This document shows, in pieces, positions 41,992 through 55,486 of a DNA stretch of 64,000 nt (within the stretch, counting starts at the first letter, position 1; every line of letters starts with the position of its first letter). The notes under the pieces were generated by a model, which saw only the letters and a program-made list of their open reading frames with translations, did not search any database and was not told where the DNA came from. This stretch comes from Octopus vulgaris (lineage: Eukaryota): the NCBI GenBank assembly GCA_951406725.2, contig OX597835.1, positions 32,798,001 to 32,862,000 on the forward strand, read 5' to 3'. A program made the position numbers and the translations under genes.

Positions 41992-42445
41992 ATCGCACGT
42001 TCAGTCCATCAGGACTTCCTGCTGTCACCTATTCTGTATATGTTGGCTTTCGAGCCACTGCTGCGGAAGTTGGAACAATGAAGAGGCCTCCCTTTCGCAA
42101 TTGGACTCGGGAGAGCAGTGTCGGCGTACACTGACGACGTCCCAGTTATTGTGTCGGACGCTTCTGAAGTGGAATCGGTCGTCTCCATTGCAAGGGAATG
42201 TGAGGCGGTTGCAGGGGCCAAAATCAACGACGACAAGTCTCTGGGATTGCGACTGGGTCCCTGAAGAGGCAAATCGATGCAGTCGGACGCTGGATAAAAA
42301 CTGAGAATGGGTGACGAACATGTTGGCCTGTCTTTCGTAGAGAGGAAATTGTCCCAGACAGGTCGGGCAGAGATGGTGAATTCCTACATCGCATCTGTCA
42401 TTATTTATCTTCTGTTTGTCGTGCCTTGCCTCAGTTACTGCCATG
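41992..42445 (+). pseudogene. L1/Tx1-clade reverse transcriptase fragment
   Basis: RSVHQDFLLSPILYMLAFEPLLRKL..VSAYTDDV..GAKINDDKSLGL, a decayed version of QGCPLSP / YADD / INxxKS. Confidence 0.85.
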
Positions 42446-42576
42446 TACTATGTATACTGCCCTTCTGTTAATGTCTACCATGAATACTGTTTTCCATTAT
42501 GTGTGAGGACCCATACTTTATGTTTGTATTTGTATTGTACCATTTCAACCTTCTCCCTGGTGGTAAATAAGAGAAA

Positions 42577-42644
<68 letters not shown>

Positions 42645-43215
42645 GTTGTTGTTGTTGTTGTTGTTGTTATACTCATCTGTACAGTATATTCTATTTAAAC
42701 TTCTGTGCGACATATGTTTCTGCTGTATGGATATATCATAACGTTCTGTGTTAATTTGTAACCTGATGGTTCCTCTGCAACCATATTTGATCCTGGTTAA
42801 AAACGCATCAGTCAGTTTTATTCGTGTAGTAGCCGCTAACAAAGTTTGAAACAAATATATATGTATGTGTGTGTGTGGAGAGAGAGAGAAAGAGAGAGAG
42901 AGAGAGAAAGAGAGTGAGAGAGAGAATGAGAGTTGAAAGTGATGTACAGTTATTGTATATTGAGGAAAAAGAGAATTTTGAATAATCTTTTAATAGCGCT
43001 TTCCTTCGTTTATCGAACTCGTCAAGATAAAATTATCTTTTTCTATCTATGAATCAGATCCTGTTTTTTTCTATTTAAAAGTGGAGAATATTGTTTCTTG
43101 TTTTTTTTCTGGAAAAAGGAGTGAGAGAGAGAGAGAAAAGCAAAGAGATAGAAATAGACATGAGAGAGGTTTGAGGAGAATCAAGTAAGAGGAGAAAAAA
43201 TAATGAGGGATAAAG

Positions 43216-43273
<58 letters not shown>

Positions 43274-43843
43274 TAGATAGATAGATAGATAGATAGATAA
43301 AGACAGACAGAGAGGAGAGGGTTCTTTTCAATTCAATGTGGTCAATCCATTGAAGTTTCATTACAAAGCATTTTTCTTTCTTTCTTTCTTTTTTCTTCAC
43401 ACTGTATACCTACCAACATATTTGTAGATAAACTTATTTTCTCACAAGGGCTGGTGACCTTTCACAGATGTCAATTTTAGGAAGTAGATTCCGCACGGTT
43501 TCCGTCTACCGAATTCACTCAACCCGGAGCTACTGTAGATGCCTTGTCTAGAGTACCACACAGTGGGACTGAAACCGAAACTCAGTGGTTACAAAGCAAG
43601 TTTCTTTATTAGACAGCCATGCGTTTGATTATGTATGTTGCAAAATATTAGAAGGAAAATGAATCGATGCGGCGAACGTTTTCCTGAGAATCAGTTTATA
43701 TGTAAATAAGTATGTGTCCGTATTTGTAGCTGCGTTGGAATTCATTTCTTAATAGATATTGTGGATGTAAATAGACATACATATTTAAACACACACACGC
43801 ATATATATATATACAGAGAGAGGCAGACATAAATACATACATA

Positions 43844-43883
<40 letters not shown>

Positions 43884-43960
43884 TTGAGTTGTGGGGTATC
43901 GCACGAGTGGGATTATATAAGAAAAAAGGTTTGAAAATGCAATTTAAACGATGTTTATTT

Positions 43961-44001
43961 ACTTAACCGGTTTCACTCTTTGGTAAAAGATTGTCAAAAG
44001 T
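43961..44001 (-). ncRNA. Minimal HHR with U3-A8 compensatory core (identical copy at 49007-49047, plus)
   Basis: actt TTGACAA tcttttaccaaagagt GAAACCGGTT aagt. Confidence 0.65.
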
Positions 44002-44511
44002 TACATTTAAGGAAACATTGAATAATATGGGTTCAAAAAAAGTTTTTTACATAATTGTCACATTGAATATTATGCATTCAAAAAAGTTTTTTACATAATT
44101 GTCACATTGGATATTATGAATTCAAAAATGTTTTTTTATACATAATTGTCACATTATTTGGGAAAATTTGGCAGAAAAGGATAAAACAAATATATTATTG
44201 GGAATTGGTTGCGTTAATTATTGGTTGTCGCAAATTGTCAAATTACATGTATATATATACAATCTTTGGTATATATATACAGCGTTTTGACAGCAAAAAT
44301 TAAAATGGATTTTTTGTACATCTCAGAATATTTTAAGTATGTTTTTACTGACCTGTCAGTATTAGCAGAAAGGCTGAACTGAGAGAACAGAAGAAGTAGC
44401 CAATGTGGTGTATACTTCCCCTTTATGCATGAATGATTTTGGGGTTATCAGGAGGTTAGTATGCGGGTGTGAATAGATGTGTCCGTGCCTGCTGGTCAGA
44501 CAGCGTCTGTT

Positions 44512-44733
44512 TGTCACACACATATATATACACACAAACACACACACACACAACAACACACACACACACACACATAGTATACAAACACACACCACATACA
44601 AACAACACACACACACACAGAACACACACACCCACACACAACGCACCCACATATATCACATATACACACAGCACACAAATATAACATGTATCTATATATA
44701 ACATACACAGATATATAACACACATACACACAC

Positions 44734-44772
<39 letters not shown>

Positions 44773-45573
44773 CACGCACACATACATACATAATATAAAT
44801 ATCACACAAATACACCTAGCATATATATACACACATACAATACACACATACAGCATGTAAGTAATATACATACACAATATATGCATGCAATATACATACG
44901 CAATACATACATATAATATATATATATATAGACAATGCATATACATATATACACATATACATATAAATAGTGTTTACATACACATACATAGATGTACCAC
45001 ATATACACACAACACACATACATACAATGCATACACATACACGTACGCATACATATAATATATATATACACACACACACACATAACATACATACACACAC
45101 AATGCATACATATATATACACGCAATGCATATACATGTATTCATGCACATATAGCACACCTACAATATACATATATACAGTGCACACATACACACAAATA
45201 TATACACTTAATTGTACACGTACATATACAATACACATACATACAATATACATATACACAATGCGCATGCAAATAATGTACATGTTTATACACACATAAA
45301 CATGCAAATAAATATACACACACACACATACACACACACACATATATATACACATATATATATATATATATACACACATACATACATACATGCACATACA
45401 TATATTTTTTCACACACATACACACACATATATATATATAAAAAATTCACCCCCCCCCCACACACACAAATTACAAACCTATAGCGTACACACTCAAATA
45501 TATCTCTACATGCCGCACATACACACAAACAAAGTACTAACATATACACACATACCATGCATATACACACACA

Positions 45574-45625
<52 letters not shown>

Positions 45626-45801
45626 AAACAGATACATATGTAAATACATACACACGTACACAATGCTCACACACACACACACACACATACACACACACCC
45701 GCACACAGTGCACACACACACACACATATATACACACGTGCACACACACACACACATACAACGCGCGCACACACACATATATACACACACACGCACACAG
45801 T

Positions 45802-45835
<34 letters not shown>

Positions 45836-45890
45836 CACTCACACACATACATCACCTACATATATATAATGCATGCGTGTGCATGCCACG
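44512..45890. repeat. About 1.4-kb degenerate (CA)n/(TA)n tract inside the PLE 3' UTR
   Basis: Directly visible; its distal part is duplicated in the inverted pLTR. Confidence 0.93.
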
Positions 45891-46020
45891 TATGTGTGCG
45901 GTCAATGCCCGCTAGTGTGTCCTATGCGTGCCGATGCGCGCATGTGCCCACCCGCACGATATGCTGTGAGCGTGCGCGCGTCCCTGTGTGCTTGCTCTGG
46001 ATGTGCTTTCAGGGGGTATG

Positions 46021-48129
46021 TTAGAGTATGTTTAGTTGTGGTCTGTATTTTTGAATAAGATTACTTTCCTTATTTATTCGTGTTTGGTCTGTGGTGTTGT
46101 CCGAGCATTGGTATAGTGGGAAGACTAAGAATTTGGGGGACTTATTGTGTGCACAAAGGTCTAAGTGTCCACTTAGTGGTATCTGTCTTGTGGAGGGGTC
46201 CCTCAGTTGTTGTCCGTGAACTGTCATTCTGTCTCTGAGGGTAAGGCTCGTTTGCCCTATGTAGTCTTCGTGGCATCCTTCACACCTTATGACGTAGAGT
46301 AAATTTTTTGATGCGCACGTGAAGTTATTTTTTATGATGAATGTGTGTCCCGAGTGGAACTTGTACGACGATCCCTCAATGAGGTGGATGCAGGTCTTAC
46401 AGTTGGGGCGACCACATTTTTTGATGGTGGGCGGTGGGTTTGTGTTGTGTAATTTTGCGTTGGTGAGGAGGTTTTTTAGGGATTTAGGTTGTCTCTTACT
46501 TTTTATTATTTTATGAGCTGCCAGTATTTTTTTCAGGCGTGGGTCTTGATTTAGTTGTGGAATGTTGTTGTATATAATAGTGTAAGCTTCTGCATTCCTT
46601 GGGTTGTGTGTTGAGAGATAAGGGAGGCTATTGACTGTACTGTGGATGTGTTTGGGTTTTCGAAGGTCTTGAATGTTGATTGATTTGGCCCGTTCTATTC
46701 CGTTGTCTACTAGTGATGCCGGGTAATGTCTTTCGAGAAGAATTGCCCTTAGTTCCCGGAGTCTTCTATTTCGTGTTGTGTCATTTGAGACAATAGTGCA
46801 GATTCTTCTCGCTAGGTTGAAGGGGATATTTGTCTTTGTGTGTTTTGGGTGATTGGAGGTGAATAGAAGGTATTGTTTAGAGTCAGTGGGTTTGTAATGG
46901 ATGTCAGTTTCAATGTTGACGCCTTTTTTAATGATTAGGATGTCAAGAAAAGGGAGTTGGTCCTGACTATATTCCATTGTGAATTGAATGTTGTTATTTA
47001 CACTGTTGATAAGGTTTTTGAAGTCTATAAGTTGGTCGAGTGTGTGGGACCATAGGATGAGGCAATCATCTAAGTAGCGTTTCCAGTTCTCCAACAGGTA
47101 TTTGTGGAAAGACTGGCCGTACTTATATTTGGATTTTTCATAGATATGTGATTCCAGGTAGGCCATCACCAGGTTTGCATAGGTAGGTGCAACTTTCGTA
47201 CCCATTGCAGTCCCTGAGACCTGTCTGTAAGTGTTGTTGTGGAAATACATGAAGTTGTTTTGCAGAATAAATTTGAGGCCCTCAATTATGAATTCTTTTT
47301 TAATTCTTTCCGGGATCTCATTGGGATATTTATCCAGCCAGAATTTAATGGCTTCCAGTCCAAATTCATGTGGAATTGTGGTGTAAAGATTAATAACATC
47401 AAAAGAAACGATTAAGGTGTCTTTATCGGCATGTTTGGGGAGATGGTTTAATAGGTCCAGGTCATCTCTTACAATACTTGGAATGTGTTTCAGTATTGGC
47501 TTTAAGATGATATCTATAAAGTTGCTAAGTCTGTGTGTTTCACAACTTGGGCCTGCCACTATTGGTCTCAGTTTGAGATCAGTGGGATGTGGTATAGTGA
47601 TGCAGGTTGAAGTGGACTTTTTGCAAGCTTCTGTGATAATTTGACTCTTGTGTATTTTTGGAAGCCCATAGAGTGTGCTGGTTTTGCAATTAAATTTAGT
47701 AATGTAGTCGCATTCCTTTGCTGTCAAGTCATTCCGGTGTTCGTAAATGAGTGCCTTCAGATTGGTCATTGTTTTGGATTGCTGGTAGTCGACTACTCTT
47801 TCGTAGTATGTGGTATCCTCTAAAAGGAGAGATACAGAGTTTTTATATTGCTCAGTATTCATAACAACGACCGTACTACCCTTATCAGCTTCCTTTATTG
47901 TGACGTCATGATTGTCTCGTAGCGTATGGATGATTTCCCATTCTCTTTTACTGGTGTTGGGTTTGCGTTTAGGTTGTGGGAGTTCACCATAAGGGAAGTT
48001 GGAGATGTAATCGCAAAATTTGTCTAAGGTTTTGTTTTTGCCTTTTATGGGATTATAGTTGCTTTTGTTACAGACCATTGATTCGTCGTTATTATTAGTT
48101 TTTCTGTCAAAAAATTCCTCTGTGAGGCG
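46021..48129 (-). CDS. PLE reverse transcriptase + Cys linker + GIY-YIG endonuclease (open frame, N-terminally truncated)
   Basis: ADKG, YGLPKIHK, LRPIV, SFDVINLYT, GTAMG, WKRYLDD, FLD, CGRPNCKTC, LLYVIRC..YIGQT. The frame is open upstream of Met48078 to RLTEEFF. Confidence 0.95.
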   Translation of the reverse strand, partial: RLTEEFFDRKTNNNDESMVCNKSNYNPIKGKNKTLDKFCDYISNFPYGELPQPKRKPNTSKREWEIIHTLRDNHDVTIKEADKGSTVVVMNTEQYKNSVSLLLEDTTYYERVVDYQQSKTMTNLKALIYEHRNDLTAKECDYITKFNCKTSTLYGLPKIHKSQIITEACKKSTSTCITIPHPTDLKLRPIVAGPSCETHRLSNFIDIILKPILKHIPSIVRDDLDLLNHLPKHADKDTLIVSFDVINLYTTIPHEFGLEAIKFWLDKYPNEIPERIKKEFIIEGLKFILQNNFMYFHNNTYRQVSGTAMGTKVAPTYANLVMAYLESHIYEKSKYKYGQSFHKYLLENWKRYLDDCLILWSHTLDQLIDFKNLINSVNNNIQFTMEYSQDQLPFLDILIIKKGVNIETDIHYKPTDSKQYLLFTSNHPKHTKTNIPFNLARRICTIVSNDTTRNRRLRELRAILLERHYPASLVDNGIERAKSINIQDLRKPKHIHSTVNSLPYLSTHNPRNAEAYTIIYNNIPQLNQDPRLKKILAAHKIIKSKRQPKSLKNLLTNAKLHNTNPPPTIKKCGRPNCKTCIHLIEGSSYKFHSGHTFIIKNNFTCASKNLLYVIRCEGCHEDYIGQTSLTLRDRMTVHGQQLRDPSTRQIPLSGHLDLCAHNKSPKFLVFPLYQCSDNTTDQTRINKESNLIQKYRPQLNIL

Positions 48130-49086
48130 TCAGGTTAGGGTATTGCGGACTAAAATTCACCCCAACTCCGCAATACCCTAACCTGAGGGAAATACAGGAT
48201 GACATCTCGCACTTTTGCAGAAAATTACGCCTCACAGAGGAATTTTTTGTTATATTTGTGTGCTGTGTGTATATGTGATATATGTGGGTGCGTTGTGTGT
48301 GGGTGTGTGTGTTCTGTGTGTGTGTGTGTTGTTTGTATGTGGTGTGTGTTTGTATACTATGTGTGTGTGTGTGTGTGTTGTTGTGTGTGTGTGTGTTTGT
48401 GTGTATATATATGTCTGTGACAAACAGATGCTGTCTGACCAGCAGGCACGGACACATCTATTCACACCCGCATACTAACCTCCTGATAACCCCAAAATCA
48501 TTCATGCATAAAGGGGAAGTATACACCACATTGGCTACTTCTTCTGTTCTCTCAGTTCAGCCTTTCTGCTAATACTGACAGGTCAGTAAAAACATACTTA
48601 AAATATTCTGAGATGTACAAAAAATCCATTTTAATTTTTGCTGTCAAAACGCTGTATATATATACCAAAGATTGTAATGTGACAATTTGCGACAACCAAT
48701 AATTAACGCAACCAATTCCCAATAATATATTTGTTTTATCCTTTTCTGCCAAATTTTCCCAAATAATGTGACAATTATGTATAAAAAAAACATTTTTGAA
48801 TTCATAATATCCAATGTGACAATTATGTAAAAAACTTTTTTGAATGCATAATATTCAATGTGACAATTATGTAAAAAACTTTTTTGAACCCATAATATCC
48901 AATGTGACAATTATGTAAAAAACTTTTTTGAATGCATAATATTCAATGTGACAATTATGTAAAAAACTTTTTTGAACCCATATTATTCAATGTTTCCTTA
49001 AATGTAACTTTTGACAATCTTTTACCAAAGAGTGAAACCGGTTAAGTAAATAAACATCGTTTAAATTGCATTTTCAAACCTTTTTT

Positions 49087-49132
<46 letters not shown>

Positions 49133-49254
49133 TAAATTAGAGACAAAACCACTATTATGCAAATCAAACAATGAAAAACTTAAGCCAATACATATGATTA
49201 ATTTATATTATTTAAATATGTAACAAAATTATTAAAAAAATATAATTAATATCA

Positions 49255-49315
49255 CACTACGATCGTTTCATGCCTGCTGTCTTCAAATTTTTGAGTCGCA
49301 GTCATTCATCAGGTG
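49255..49315 (-). ncRNA. Minimal type I HHR, canonical core
   Basis: cac CTGATGA atg..cat GAAAC GATC GTA gtg. Confidence 0.8.
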
Positions 49316-50515
49316 GTTTAAATATCTAAAATATAATCAATATTTTTAAGATATAAATAATATATATAATATAATAATTTTACTTATAATAAACTCTATT
49401 ATTAAATATGATTATATCGAAATCGACTATAATGCTAAATATTAACTTTAATTTATAAGGTAGAAAACCCATATTCTAATATGAATATTAGTCTATATCT
49501 AATTACATAAATATTTTAAATGACTAATATATATAAATTATCAATGAAAATATATATAAATATTATAATCAAGATCTAAAATAATCTCTATAAATAATTG
49601 TATATAATGAAAACCTAATAAATTTAATTTTTCATATTTAAAGATGAAATAGCTAATTTCAAAATACAAATAAACTAACTTAAACTGACTTTAAAAATCA
49701 TATGTAAAATACTTATAGAAATATTCAATTCTTAGTAATATAGTATTAAATAGATACTATAAGTACTATAAACATAATTATGAATGGGAATAATTATCTA
49801 ATATAAATTATGCTATTAAATTAGACATGGCCTAGACCAATCTTTAGTCGAAACATATCTAATTTTATCAAAGTTTATCTAATTTATTTAATATCTAATA
49901 ACATAGAAAATTACGATAATTAGATCATTACATAAACAACAATATTTACATAAGGAGAATATTATTACTCCAAAGGCTTATACAATATTAAAAATTTACA
50001 ATTTGAAGATCTTAAAAAGATACATACTTTTCTTGGAGAGGTTTAAACAATGAACTAGAATTTTGAATCAAAAAACGTCTTATACAGCGTTTATAAGAAT
50101 ACTCATGGAATTACGTTATTAGCAAAAAAAATAGAATAAATTGTTGAAGAATTCTTTACGCGTGAGGAACCTACGTTTATTAAAGATTATGAATGGAAAA
50201 TTATATGTTTATCATTGTAAAAAGATATACTATAATATTTATTAATAAAATAACTATAATAAATGAAACTTAATACAAAATAAATTAAATGATTAAAAAC
50301 CACTTATTATTAAATATATTCTAAAAATCTAATAAGATTAATAAATACATAAAAATAAATTTATATAGTAACCCCACTACATATTATAAATTATTTCCCA
50401 TACCCTTATAATTATAAGCTAAAATTAGTGATCATAACAAATCTATATATACTAATCAAAATTTGTAGTATAACTATACATACGTATACATAAATATATA
50501 TGAAAATATCCATAC

Positions 50516-50558
<43 letters not shown>

Positions 50559-50756
50559 TATACATACATATACATATACATACACATATACACATACATA
50601 CTCACATACATTCATATACATATATACACACATATATACACACTCACTTACACCCATACACATATGCACACTCATACATACATGTACATACATAAAATAC
50701 TCAATATATACACTTACACCAATATATACACACCCACACACATACAAATAAATAAA

Positions 50757-50802
<46 letters not shown>

Positions 50803-51340
50803 CACACACATCATCAAATACACATATATACAAACACACACATCCACATATATTATAAATAAATAGATATATAAATGCCTATAATCATACTACAATACAT
50901 AATAGAGGTAAATATTAAGTTAAATCTAAAAAATTAATCTACTAATCTATACTTCTATATTAAATAAAATGGATTATGTAAACAACTAAATAAAACTATT
51001 TCAAATATAAAGAGATTACATACAAATAGATTAATATAACAAAATTATAATTTAACGAAATTATAATAGAAATATAACAAAAATTTAACAAAATTTATAA
51101 AATAAATAAAATTGTAACTTACCAGACTCAATATTCAATAAACCATTAAATATTTATTATTCAGTAATAAAATATTTATTAACACAATGAAAAACCATCT
51201 ATAATCTAACTATAATTAAAAACAGAACATAAATAACTAAAATAAACTATTATAATATGTACTACAAATCACTTGGTATATTTATAATACTAATACATAA
51301 AACAATAAATAGGGAGCTAATTAAGGCTAATAAATAATTA

Positions 51341-52190
51341 TTATTTATCAAGAAACTTATTATATAAGTAAAGTAACTTGTGTCTGCATTTTATCTTGCG
51401 CTCATCACAGGTATTCAGTAAATTATCATGCTTATAAAATAAAATTTCCTTAAACTCAGAGCACAAATAACAAAAATTCGCTCCTATAGTATATGATTTA
51501 GTTTTACTAATTATTTCCCAAGATAAATTATAATTAATATTTTGGGATTTAAGTCTCCAAATGTACTTGCTAAGTCCAGTGGAGTTAATCAAGTTTTTAT
51601 TTTTAAATTAATTCAAATGTTGTGCGATTCTTAATTTTATTTTAGAGGAAGTGGACCCTATATATATCGCGTTTGAGTTATTATTATTCTTAATATTCTT
51701 ATCATGTAATGTAACTATACATTTATACACTACATCATTAGTATCACATTTATTATTTAATTTACATTTAGATTTATCTCTACATGTACAGTTAATTAGT
51801 GTCTTGTCTTTATTATTGGTATTATTAAATAATTTATTTTTATAATAATTATTCAGTTTAAATTTGTTAAAAGAAGAAATAATGTTACCTACACTATAAG
51901 TGGTGGAATAACCTACTCCAAAATTATTAGTAGAGAAAATGTTTTTATATTTACGATTATCTCGAATAAATAGTTCAATAATATCTAAAATCTCTTTAAT
52001 AATGTTCGTTTTAACTTGAGCACCATAAGGAACTATTAACCAAATTTTATTCTTATTTTCCTTCTTATTATTAAAACTGTCATTATTATTGTTGTAATTA
52101 TATTTCTTTATCATATTAACATTATTATTATTATTATCAGATTTATATTTATAATCAACATTTAAAGAATTATTAAAGTTATTAATTTTA

Positions 52191-52228
<38 letters not shown>

Positions 52229-53340
52229 TTTATTTTTATTCTTATTTTTATTTATATTATTTTTATTTTTATAATTTCTAATATTTTTATCACTATTACT
52301 AACAAAATTATTATAATTATTGTTAATATTTTTATCTCTAAAATTATTAGTTATATCTTTATCTTTATTTTTAATAAAAAATTTAATATTACTATTATAA
52401 CCTGCCTCTCTAAGGGCCTCATTATAATAAGGAGCATGTTTATTAAAAATCTCTATATCATAAGAAAGTAATGATATACGTTTACTTATATTATTAATCA
52501 ACGATTTTTAATTGATGGTGGGTGATTACTATTAACATTTATATATCTAAGGTTCTCATTAAATTTATGATATGGTTGTGTTTTACCTGTAATTAGATTA
52601 AAATTAACATCTAAATAATTAACATTAAAATTTTCATTATATATAGTGATACTTAAACCATATCTTTTAAAGAAACTATAAAGTTTTTCTTATATACTTC
52701 TAGGTTCCTATTAGTGCAATTTTTAGTAATTAGTAGAAGGTCATCCCTATATAAACCACCCTCTATCTTTAAATTTTCTAATTGGAGTTCAGATAAAAGA
52801 TAAATACCTACTAAATCCATAGCTTGTGCAGAATCAGGTGCTCCCATAGGTATATCAAAAAAATCCCTAGTATCTTTCCTGGCCCATAATTTATTTTTAT
52901 ATTTAATGAGCGATTTCCTAGCCATTTTAATTACATTAACTTCTTCAAATGTCATTCCCACTTTATTCATTGCAAAGATAAGGGCTTTATTAAACACAAT
53001 TTCATTAATAGAAGAATACTAATTATCTATATCTATTTGAATAAATTTATAACGATTTTAATCTTTAATATTATTAAACCAATTCAAAGTATTATTATTA
53101 CTAAACCATAATTTTAAGTAATTAAGTTTATTTAATTTATTAATATATTTATCTAAAATAAGTTTACTTAATTTACCAAGGTCAGATTTACATGGACAAA
53201 TTAATCTAACTTTAGGGTCTGAATAAAAATTATCTTTATGGTCTTTCAGAGTAATTCTAGGGTGCATAGGTACATAAGGTTCAGTTTTATTATCCAATTC
53301 ATAGTTTATCATTACTAATTTAGAGGCCTTATTAATATTA
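51341..53340 (-). pseudogene. Naiad-type RT + GIY-YIG pseudogene
   Basis: ITLKDHKDNF, RLICPCKSDLG, FDIPMGAPDSAQ, GLYRDD, NYLDVNFNL, SNHPPSI, CTCR..C..C, IYIGST, LSKYIW, CYLC, CRHK. Contains stops, frameshifts and an Asn-rich expansion. Confidence 0.9.
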
Positions 53341-53369
53341 TAAAGTTTACTATCTGTAACAATATATAT

Positions 53370-53858
53370 ATATTTATTTTATAGAAGGAGCTTCTACAGG
53401 ACTAGTACTGTTTCATTCAAATGAAATCATCAGGAAGCTGGCTGTCAAAATAAGGTCTGGTATTTATACCTTTAGGCAGATTTAATGGGGTGGTGGTGGG
53501 GGACGTTTTTGGGGTAAGCAGGGCGCAAACTATCGTTCTTAGGGGAGTGGTCAAAAGAATCAGTGATAAAGTAAATAAATGAATAATTGAATAGAGTTTT
53601 AGGTAAATTAGAAGACTATTGCTTTTAGTCAGTTTGTTGTTGTTGTTATTAAGTTGAGGGAAGAAGTAGATAAATGAAAAACCATATAAAATAAATATAC
53701 ATACAAACCCACATACATACACATGCGAATATCCATATATATACATATACGTATGCCCATGTATATACATACAGACACACACACACATACATATAAATAC
53801 ACAAGCACATATATATACACATATACATACACATACACATACACATACATATACACAC

Positions 53859-53903
<45 letters not shown>

Positions 53904-54922
53904 CATACAAATACACATACACATACATGCAAACACGCAAACACACGCACACATATATATATATATATATATACACATATATATACCCACATATACACAC
54001 ACACATATATATTTTTTTTCTCCTCATCTTCCTCCCTTATTTTATTTTTATTTCTATTTCCTTTTCTTTATTTGTCTCTCCCCCCTACTCCAAACACATA
54101 GAGACACGCGCACACACACGCACACACACACACACAAAAACACACACGTACACACAGAGACGCACACACATACCTCCATATTACAGTCATACACAGTAGA
54201 CGAAGTTCTTAGCTGACCGTCTTCAAAATCATAAGGGTTTAAGTTATGACCTGCCTACACACCGACACACATTCAGTGACGCTAGAATAGAGAAACGCCC
54301 ACAGTTCCTAGAAAGATATATGCATATGTATAAGTGGATGAGGAGGAAATGAGTGAGAGAACATGTGTGTATGTGTATGTGTATGAGTGTGCGTGTGAGT
54401 GTGTGTGTGAGTGTGTGAGTATGTGCCTTTATATCCGTGTGTAACGAGATAGAAAGGAAGGGAGAGTGGAGTAGTAGAAGGATCCCCTTTGGCCAACTGG
54501 AATTCCAAGGGGAGTTCTAGGAACTGTTGGCGTTTCTCTATTCTAGCGTCACTGAATGTGTGTCGGTGTGTAGGCATGTCATAAATTAAACCCTTATGAT
54601 TTTGAAGACGGTCAGCTAAGAACTTCGTCTACTTTGTATGACTGTACTATGTGTGTGTGTGCGTCTCTGTGTGTACGTGTGTTTTTGTGTGTGTGTGTGT
54701 GGGGGGGGCGTGTGTGTGCGCGTGTCTCTATGTGTTTGGAGTAGGGGGGAGAGACAAATAGAGAAAAGGAAATTAAAATAAAAATAAAATAAGGGAGGAA
54801 GATGAGGAGAAAATATATATATATGTGTGTGTGTGTATATGTGGGTATATATATGTGTATATATATATATATATATGTGCGTGTATTTGCGTGTTTGCAT
54901 GTATGTGTATGTGTATTTCTAT

Positions 54923-54974
<52 letters not shown>

Positions 54975-55015
54975 GTGTGTATATGTATGTGTATGTATAT
55001 GTGTATATATATATG
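53370..55015 (-). mobile_element. Non-coding PLE-type element with about 500-bp internal inverted repeat and HHR
   Basis: About 53800-54313 is inverted at 54515-55012. HHR at 53389-53439: agcttc CTGATGA tttcatttgaat GAAAC agtacta GTC ctgta gaagct. Confidence 0.75.
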
Positions 55016-55052
55016 TACCTTACTGTAGTTAACCCCGACTCAACCCGGGACC

Positions 55053-55102
<50 letters not shown>

Positions 55103-55301
55103 CAATGTTTGCACCAAATATAATATATACTTGGTTACATTATTACATTAATATATGTGTGTGCCTGTGCATGTGCGCGCACAAATATGTATATACATAC
55201 ACAGAAAAATGATTTTGTTTCAGGAAGGTGAGAAGATATACACTGCATATATTTAATTATTTTATTTAATGTACTTTTAATATATATGTGTGTGTGAATG
55301 C

Positions 55302-55339
<38 letters not shown>

Positions 55340-55395
55340 CATATATATGTATACATATATATATATATATTATATAAATATATATATATTTATAT

Positions 55396-55486
<91 letters not shown>

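Larger units (their letters stand above)
43877..49094 (-). mobile_element. Neptune-type Penelope-like element, 5'-truncated, with inverted pseudo-LTR
   Basis: RT + GIY-YIG ORF. 43914-44684 is inverted at 48248-49094. The 43877-43913 tail is only on the 3' copy. Both ends lie in (TA)n. Confidence 0.93.
49127..53360 (-). mobile_element. Naiad-type Penelope-like element, AT-rich, 5'-truncated, decayed
   Basis: Coding remnant at 51341-53340, long 3' UTR, HHR near the 3' end, terminus in (TA)n. Confidence 0.88.

Noticed and set aside
48108-48249. Apparent 142-bp MITE with 23-bp TIRs
   Set aside because: The 'TIRs' encode RLTEEFF of the PLE ORF; this is an inverted duplication at the PLE 5' junction.
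49827-50220. Possible antisense ORF in the Naiad 3' UTR with TAA/TAG read-through
   Set aside because: The stop frequency is what very AT-rich DNA would give, it needs a frameshift, and it has no recognisable motif.
51341-53340. Selenocysteine (UGA) recoding as reported for some Naiad PLEs
   Set aside because: The conserved Cys codons I checked here and at 14150-14415 are TGT/TGC. The interruptions are TAA stops or frameshifts, consistent with decay.
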